A stretch of 64,000 nt of DNA from an uncultured Elusimicrobia bacterium (GTDB lineage: Bacteria > Elusimicrobiota > Endomicrobiia > DTEH01), in assembly GCA_964561135.1 (NCBI GenBank), contig CAZLOB010000038.1:6427-70426 (forward strand), given 5' to 3'. Shown here one piece after another: positions 59,100 through 64,000 of this stretch. Positions within the stretch are counted from its first letter, which is position 1. Every line of letters starts with the position of its first letter. Under the pieces are notes generated by a model. That model was not told the origin of the DNA and did no database searches. It was given only the letters and a program-made list of their open reading frames with translations. The position numbers and the translations under genes were made by a program.

Positions 59100-60161
59100 A
59101 TGAAATTTATTATCCGAATTATTTTTATATCAATCTTATCTTTAATACTTTCTGCAGAAGAACTATATTACCCCACATATATTACAGGCAGTGGTGTACC
59201 TATAAATGAATACACTTTATTTGCAAACAGTGGTTGGGATGGTAACTGGTATGTTGGGTCTAATATGTGTTGGATAAAAAAGTTTGATAAAACTTTACTT
59301 CCTGATAAAAAATTTTTTTCAAGATTTTTTATTGGTGCAAAACTTGGCAGAGCTAAGACAAAATCAAAACCTGCTTCACCACCATGGGAAAAAGATTATA
59401 TTGATGGTAACATTTATGTAGGTGTATCTTCAACACCAGCCTGGCGTGCAGATCAACGATATTTTTTATGTAAAGTATCAGATATACCTACTGAAGGTGA
59501 CTGGGAAAATGCAATTACAACAACTGGTGAGGCAAGATGGTTTTATACAGAAATTCCTATTGAAAAAGTTGATTTTGAAAAAGACATTTGGGTTTGTATT
59601 TATTCAAATACAGAATATTTAAACTCAGCCTCATCTTCACCTATACTTGCAGGTGCTTGGCGTGAACGTCCTCAAAGAAATTTTAATGTTTGGCTAAACA
59701 ACGAAATTCACTGTGCACCACCTATAGATCCTTCAACTTCACTGAAGACAGAAATACGTGCATTTGACCCTGCAATAATTATAAAACTTGTTCCTTTAGG
59801 TGCTGAGAATCTTCCTGTGAATATACAAGTTGTAAGTATTCAAGATGGTAGGCAACAAGATGATGAAAAAATTTTTTATGTAACATCATTAACACCCAAC
59901 ATTGAACGTATGTATATGGAAATTTCACAGGATAACATAGAGTATAAAAAAATTTCCAAATATTTGTATTCACAACCATATGTATTCAACTTATCAATTT
60001 CAATGATACCACCGGAGATTTCCGGCGATTTTTATATTAGGTTTGCTGCAGAAGATATTTTTGAAAATAAAGGGACTACACAAGAAATAAAACTCTCTAT
60101 CACAAGAGAAAAAGAAGAAATAATACAACAACCTGAAGGAAAAAAGAAGAAAAAGAAATAA
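59100..60161 (+). CDS. Secreted hypothetical protein (353 aa) with poly-Lys C-terminus
   Basis: Signal peptide MKFIIRIIFISILSLILSA; no recognizable catalytic motif; ends ...QQPEGKKKKKK. Confidence 0.35.
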   Translation: MKFIIRIIFISILSLILSAEELYYPTYITGSGVPINEYTLFANSGWDGNWYVGSNMCWIKKFDKTLLPDKKFFSRFFIGAKLGRAKTKSKPASPPWEKDYIDGNIYVGVSSTPAWRADQRYFLCKVSDIPTEGDWENAITTTGEARWFYTEIPIEKVDFEKDIWVCIYSNTEYLNSASSSPILAGAWRERPQRNFNVWLNNEIHCAPPIDPSTSLKTEIRAFDPAIIIKLVPLGAENLPVNIQVVSIQDGRQQDDEKIFYVTSLTPNIERMYMEISQDNIEYKKISKYLYSQPYVFNLSISMIPPEISGDFYIRFAAEDIFENKGTTQEIKLSITREKEEIIQQPEGKKKKKK

Positions 60162-60162
60162 G

Positions 60163-60900
60163 TTGCTGATTAAAAAAAACTTTTCAAAACTAATGATACC
60201 ATTAAAAGATAATATTCCATCATATAGAAAACCTTTTGTAAACTATCTTATAATTATAGCAAATACTTTAGTTTTTATCTACCAATATTTTTTACTTCCT
60301 TCAAAACATGAGATTCAACAATTAGTATATAATTACGGCTTTATCCCTTATAGGTTTATAACAGAATTTAATAATTCATGGTATACATTATTTTCTTGTA
60401 TGTTTCTCCATGGTGGATTTTTACATTTTTTAGGCAACATGTGGTTTTTATACATTTTCGGTGACAATGTTGAAGATATATACGGTCATATTAAGTTTCT
60501 ATTAATTTATATCATATGCGGTATTTCAGCAACGTTTGTTCAATTCATTTTCTCACCAACATCTACAATACCTATTATAGGTGCCTCAGGCGCTATCTCC
60601 GGTGTTTTAGGTTCATACTTTATATTCTTTCCTACAGCAGGTGTGTTAACTTTGATACCTTTTGGTATTTTTTCACGAATTGTGGTTTTACCAGCAGTGA
60701 TATTTTTAGGTTTTTGGTTCATATTTCAACTATTTAGTGGTACACAAACTTATGCATTACAAGTTGTTACAGGCAGAGACATTGGAGGCGTTGCATATTG
60801 GGCACATATAGGTGGGTTTATTGCAGGACTTTCTATTGCAATGTTTACTAAAAAGAAAAGAAAAATAAGAAGAATTAAAACTTATTGGTACTACTTATGA
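60163..60900 (+). CDS. Rhomboid-family intramembrane serine protease
   Basis: Catalytic GxSG (IGASGAISGVLGSYF) and a downstream His (AHIGGFIAG); six predicted TMs. Confidence 0.75.
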   Translation: MLIKKNFSKLMIPLKDNIPSYRKPFVNYLIIIANTLVFIYQYFLLPSKHEIQQLVYNYGFIPYRFITEFNNSWYTLFSCMFLHGGFLHFLGNMWFLYIFGDNVEDIYGHIKFLLIYIICGISATFVQFIFSPTSTIPIIGASGAISGVLGSYFIFFPTAGVLTLIPFGIFSRIVVLPAVIFLGFWFIFQLFSGTQTYALQVVTGRDIGGVAYWAHIGGFIAGLSIAMFTKKKRKIRRIKTYWYYL

Positions 60901-61247
60901 TACAACATTATGAATTTGGAAAAATAATAGTTAACAACAAAATCTATACCTCAGATATAATCATTTGTAAAGAAGAAGTTTTACCAAACTGGTTAAGAAA
61001 AGAAGGGCATCAACTTTGCTTAGACGATATAAAAGATGTGCTTAATAAAGCTAAACCAAAACTTTTGGTGATTGGCTGTGGGGCAAATTCTGTAATGTCT
61101 GTTTTAGAAGAAGTTAAAACATACTGTGCACAAAACAAAATTGAATTATATATATTAAATTCATACGATGCTGTGAATTTATACAACAAATTTGTCCAAG
61201 AAAATAAACATAAAGAATGTGTTTTTTGTTGCCACCTTACATGTTAG
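60885..61247 (+). CDS. Mth938-like (DUF498) domain protein
   Basis: MIQHYEFGKIIVNNKIYTSDIII...PKLLVIGCGANSVMSVLEEV...IELYILNSYDAVNLYN matches the Mth938-like fold signature. Confidence 0.45.
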   Translation: MVLLMIQHYEFGKIIVNNKIYTSDIIICKEEVLPNWLRKEGHQLCLDDIKDVLNKAKPKLLVIGCGANSVMSVLEEVKTYCAQNKIELYILNSYDAVNLYNKFVQENKHKECVFCCHLTC

Positions 61248-61255
61248 GTATGTTT

Positions 61256-61729
61256 TTACAACAGTAAACTAATCTCCAGCTTTGGCAGTGGAAGTTTTAC
61301 GAACTCAATTTTTGCTTCTTCAAACAACGGTTTAAAACTATCATCAGTATAATCTGTCGCAGTAACAAACCGTTTGATCTTTGCGTTAACAATCATTTTC
61401 GCACAAATGATACATGGTGAATGTGTACAATACATTGTTGAATCAGTAATATCTACACCATGTATTGCAGCTTGAATAATAGCGTTTTGTTCAGCATGTA
61501 CAGCACGACAAAGTTCGTGTCTTTGTCCTGAAGGAATACCAAGTTGTTCTCTTAAACAACCGAGTTCTAAACAATCTTTGGTACCAGATGGTGCACCGTT
61601 ATATCCTGTTGCCAATATTCTTTTATCTCTTACAATAACAGCACCAACATGATGCCTTTTACAAGTAGACCGTTCTGCAACTAGAAACGCTAATTTTAAA
61701 AAATATTCATCCCAAGAAATTCTTTGCAT
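61256..61729 (-). CDS. dCMP deaminase (ComEB-like cytidine/deoxycytidylate deaminase)
   Basis: Zinc motifs HAEQNAI and PCIICAKMI; 157 aa. Confidence 0.8.
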   Translation of the reverse strand: MQRISWDEYFLKLAFLVAERSTCKRHHVGAVIVRDKRILATGYNGAPSGTKDCLELGCLREQLGIPSGQRHELCRAVHAEQNAIIQAAIHGVDITDSTMYCTHSPCIICAKMIVNAKIKRFVTATDYTDDSFKPLFEEAKIEFVKLPLPKLEISLLL

Positions 61730-62311
61730 TTATGATTTTGAGTCAGAAAAAGAATTAAAAATTTTTAACAAAATCTTATCAATTTTTTTATATAAAGCAG
61801 AAATTGAGGAGTTGTTAAAAACAAAAAAATCAGCGTGTTTTTTACATAGATGTATTTGTTGTTGAGTTTTTTTGTTAGAACATTCTTTTTTTTCTATTTC
61901 TAAAAATTCTTTATAAGTTTTAGGATCGCCTTCACGAGCACGTTTTTTTAAAAATTTAAACCTTATTTTTTTTGGTGCAGTGATATATAAAAGAAAGAAT
62001 CTATCCTTAAATTTTTTCTTAAATTCTTTTATCTCACCCACAGTCCGTATGCTATCAACAACAATTTTGTCACAACTTTTTATTTTTTTTAAAAGTCGTT
62101 TAGCTAAATATCCACTACCATACTGTGCTCTTAGTTTATTACCAAGTAATATTAAATTTTCGCGTGAAAGAACAATATTTCTTTTAGAGGCTATTTCTCG
62201 TAATATGTCTGATAAAGAAAATACTGTAAAACCTTTCTTATTTAAATATTTACATACTTCTCCTTTACCAGCAGCATTAGGTCCACTAAGTCCTATCACT
62301 AATCTACTCAT
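61730..62311 (-). CDS. P-loop nucleoside-monophosphate-kinase-like protein
   Basis: GLSGPNAAGKGEV (GxxGxGKG P-loop as in adenylate/cytidylate kinases). Adjacent to dCMP deaminase, separated by 0 nt. Confidence 0.4.
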   Translation of the reverse strand: MSRLVIGLSGPNAAGKGEVCKYLNKKGFTVFSLSDILREIASKRNIVLSRENLILLGNKLRAQYGSGYLAKRLLKKIKSCDKIVVDSIRTVGEIKEFKKKFKDRFFLLYITAPKKIRFKFLKKRAREGDPKTYKEFLEIEKKECSNKKTQQQIHLCKKHADFFVFNNSSISALYKKIDKILLKIFNSFSDSKS

Positions 62312-62493
62312 TACATAAGATCTTCTGCACCTAAAGTTTTCTTTTTCCCCTCAGACTTAACTTTTTCAACAGCGTTTTTTACCATTTCTTCAACTTTTTT
62401 AGACAACGCTTCAATAAACCCTTCTGAAGTTCTCAATCCCTGCTCTTTTACCATCTTTTTTACTTTACTTACAACTACTAATACATCAGCCAT
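62311..62493 (-). CDS. 60-aa histone-fold protein (archaeal HMf-like; alpha3-truncated bacterial histone candidate)
   Basis: MADVLVVVSKVKKMVKEQGLRTSEGFIEALSKKVEEMVKNAVEKVKSEGKKKTLGAEDLM. Compare archaeal HMfB ...ERVSDDARITLAKILEEMGRDIASEAIKLARHAGRKTIKAEDIELAV. Shared R-x-S, EEM, G-(R/K)-K-T and AED(I/L) at the same spacing. The protein ends right after AEDLM. Confidence 0.5.
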   Translation of the reverse strand: MADVLVVVSKVKKMVKEQGLRTSEGFIEALSKKVEEMVKNAVEKVKSEGKKKTLGAEDLM

Positions 62494-62534
62494 AAATTTA
62501 TCCTCCTTTTAAGCAACAAATTTTATTATTTGAT

Positions 62535-63572
62535 TTATTTAAAGAAATGTTTCATGAACTGGATCCATTGAGATGAAACTGTCTTAAGTTGTCCAGTAGC
62601 TTCTTCTAACGGTACAGGAACAACTTCGTTACCTTTTAATGCCACCATATACCCAAACTTCCCTTCTAAAACAAGTTCTACTGCTTTTACTCCAACCCTT
62701 AGTCCTAATATACGGTCAAAAAGTGTTGGTGCACCACCGCGTTGGATATGCCCTATAACAGCAACTCTTGTTTCAATACCAGTATTTTTTTCAATAATAT
62801 CAGCAACTTGTTCTCCAATACCACGTTTTTTAAGTATCATATGGCCAAATTCATCAAGTTCTTCTTTTTCTGTTTTTAACCCAGGCAAAATAACACCTTC
62901 GGAAACAATCACTAAAGCAGTCTTTTTACGTTCATAAACTTTCTTTAGATGTTCACACATTTTTTCTATATTAACTTCTTCCTCAGGGATTAAGATCCAG
63001 TCAGCTGCTGATGCGATCCCTGTAAACAAAGCGACCCAACCTGCATGCCTCCCCATGACTTCTAATACCATAATCCTTCTATGTGATCTTCCAGTATCAA
63101 GAAGACGTTCTGCTGCGTCAACTGCAACAGTTACTGCTGTATCAAACCCAAATGTATAATCAGTTACACCAAGATCGTTATCCATTGTTTTAGGTACACC
63201 AACAACAGGAAAATTTTTTTCTTTATAAAGTTTTGTTGCAACACCAAGTGTATCTTCTCCGCCCATTGCAATAACAGCATCAAGTTGTAATTTTTTTAAT
63301 GTTTCAACACATTTTTCTGTCCCATTCTCTTTTTTATACGGATTTGTTCTTGAAGTACCGATAATTGTACCACCTTTGTTTATAATATACTCAACATCCT
63401 GTAATGTCAACGGAACACTTTTAGCTTCTAACATCCCCTTCCATCCATCTAAAATACCAACACATTCAATACCTTCTGACAAAGCTCTATAAACTACACC
63501 TCTTATTGCAGGGTTTAACCCAGGACAATCCCCACCACCTGTGAGTATACCAATTTTTTTTATTTTGTTCAT
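62535..63572 (-). CDS. 6-phosphofructokinase (PfkA family; residues suggest the PPi-dependent type)
   Basis: GILTGGGDCPGLNPAIRGVV; MGGEDT; PKTMDNDL (Lys in the TIDND block, Glu/Asp in the GGDG position, as in PPi-PFKs). Confidence 0.8.
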   Translation of the reverse strand: MNKIKKIGILTGGGDCPGLNPAIRGVVYRALSEGIECVGILDGWKGMLEAKSVPLTLQDVEYIINKGGTIIGTSRTNPYKKENGTEKCVETLKKLQLDAVIAMGGEDTLGVATKLYKEKNFPVVGVPKTMDNDLGVTDYTFGFDTAVTVAVDAAERLLDTGRSHRRIMVLEVMGRHAGWVALFTGIASAADWILIPEEEVNIEKMCEHLKKVYERKKTALVIVSEGVILPGLKTEKEELDEFGHMILKKRGIGEQVADIIEKNTGIETRVAVIGHIQRGGAPTLFDRILGLRVGVKAVELVLEGKFGYMVALKGNEVVPVPLEEATGQLKTVSSQWIQFMKHFFK

Positions 63573-63603
63573 AGTTGTTACTCCTCTTTTATTTAAAAAT
63601 TAC

Positions 63604-64000
63604 TTATGGTACTTCAATAGTGTTCAAAATTTGCTTTATTATATCTTCAGTTGTGATTTCTTCAGCCTCAGCTTCGTATGAAAGAATAATCCTATGTCTT
63701 AATACATCATAAGCAACTGATTTTATATCATCAGGTATAACATAACCCCTATGGTTTAAAAAAGCATAACATTTTGATGATAAAACTAAATATATTGATG
63801 CACGTGGTGAAGCTCCATACATTATAAAAGGTTTAATATCAGCGAGATTATAATCTTGTGGATTCCTTGTTGCATCAACAATGTTCAAAATATAATCTTT
63901 TAATTTCTCATCTATATAAATTTCGTCAATTATTTTTCTTACTCTTAAAATTTCTGCCGGTGAAATTATTGGTCTAACACTATTAAATTTTTCCTCTAAA
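63604..64000 (-). CDS. MoxR-like AAA+ ATPase, C-terminal part. Partial; the 5' end lies beyond the window.
   Basis: The minus-strand frame is open to the window edge (…LEEKFNSVRPIISPAEILRVRKIIDEIYIDEKLKDYILNIVDATRNP...YGASPRASIYLV...RGYVIPDDIKSVAYDVLRHRI), which is the MoxR lid-domain signature. The ORF track's 94-aa version starts at an internal TTG. Confidence 0.6.
   Translation of the reverse strand, partial: LEEKFNSVRPIISPAEILRVRKIIDEIYIDEKLKDYILNIVDATRNPQDYNLADIKPFIMYGASPRASIYLVLSSKCYAFLNHRGYVIPDDIKSVAYDVLRHRIILSYEAEAEEITTEDIIKQILNTIEVP

Noticed and set aside
1-64000. CRISPR arrays, integrases/transposases, phage genes, rRNA
   Set aside because: No regularly spaced direct repeats with unique spacers. 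No recombinase, transposase or phage-structural motifs in any frame. No rRNA-like conserved blocks. The window looks like core chromosome plus surface-protein loci.

Overview
This is an AT-rich bacterial chromosomal window (roughly 30% GC by eye), densely coding, from an apparently didermic organism that has T9SS-type C-terminal sorting domains. Gene content suggests an FCB-group or candidate-phylum thermophile or anaerobe, but I cannot assign a taxon from sequence alone.

Gene order, left to right:
- The 5' part of a V-type ATPase operon on the minus strand (subunit A N-terminus and subunit F), with tRNA-Glu next to it.
- A secreted M6-like metalloprotease carrying a T9SS/FlgD-like C-terminal domain, followed by a ~290 aa outer-membrane (OM) beta-barrel.
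- An LptF/LptG-like permease pair.
- A 1717 aa OM protein with thrombospondin-type Ca-binding repeats and a C-terminal beta-barrel signature.
- A GNAT acetyltransferase, a DinG-family Fe-S helicase and endonuclease IV.
- A truncated dcw (division and cell wall) cluster, mraZ-rsmH-ftsL-ftsI-murE-murF-mraY-murD-ftsW-murG, with a textbook MraZ triple-repeat operator in its promoter.
- A LUD-domain protein, then pyrR-pyrB-pyrC.
- A membrane GAF / HD-GYP / PilZ cyclic-di-GMP protein.
- tRNA-Ala.
- A 1760 aa beta-helix/Ig-like surface protein with a T9SS C-terminal domain, plus a downstream OM barrel.
- An HTH-KamA pair followed by an internally duplicated small basic protein.
- A tsaE-tsaB cluster with a DUF47 protein and a Clp1-like P-loop kinase.
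- A decayed adenosine deaminase pseudogene.
- carAB, a MerR-HTH/receiver fusion, ychF, proB, an MFS transporter and rho.
- An ECF-sigma / TPR-OM-barrel / zinc-anti-sigma / Q-Y-rich secreted protein operon.
- ndk, a rhomboid protease, dCMP deaminase plus an NMP-kinase-like gene, 6-phosphofructokinase, and a partial MoxR ATPase.

The most novel-looking element is a 60-aa ORF at 62311..62493 with a clear archaeal-histone-like (histone-fold, alpha3-truncated) sequence signature.

I saw no CRISPR array, integrase, transposase or rRNA. Everything below was read from sequence and translated by eye; no database searches were run.
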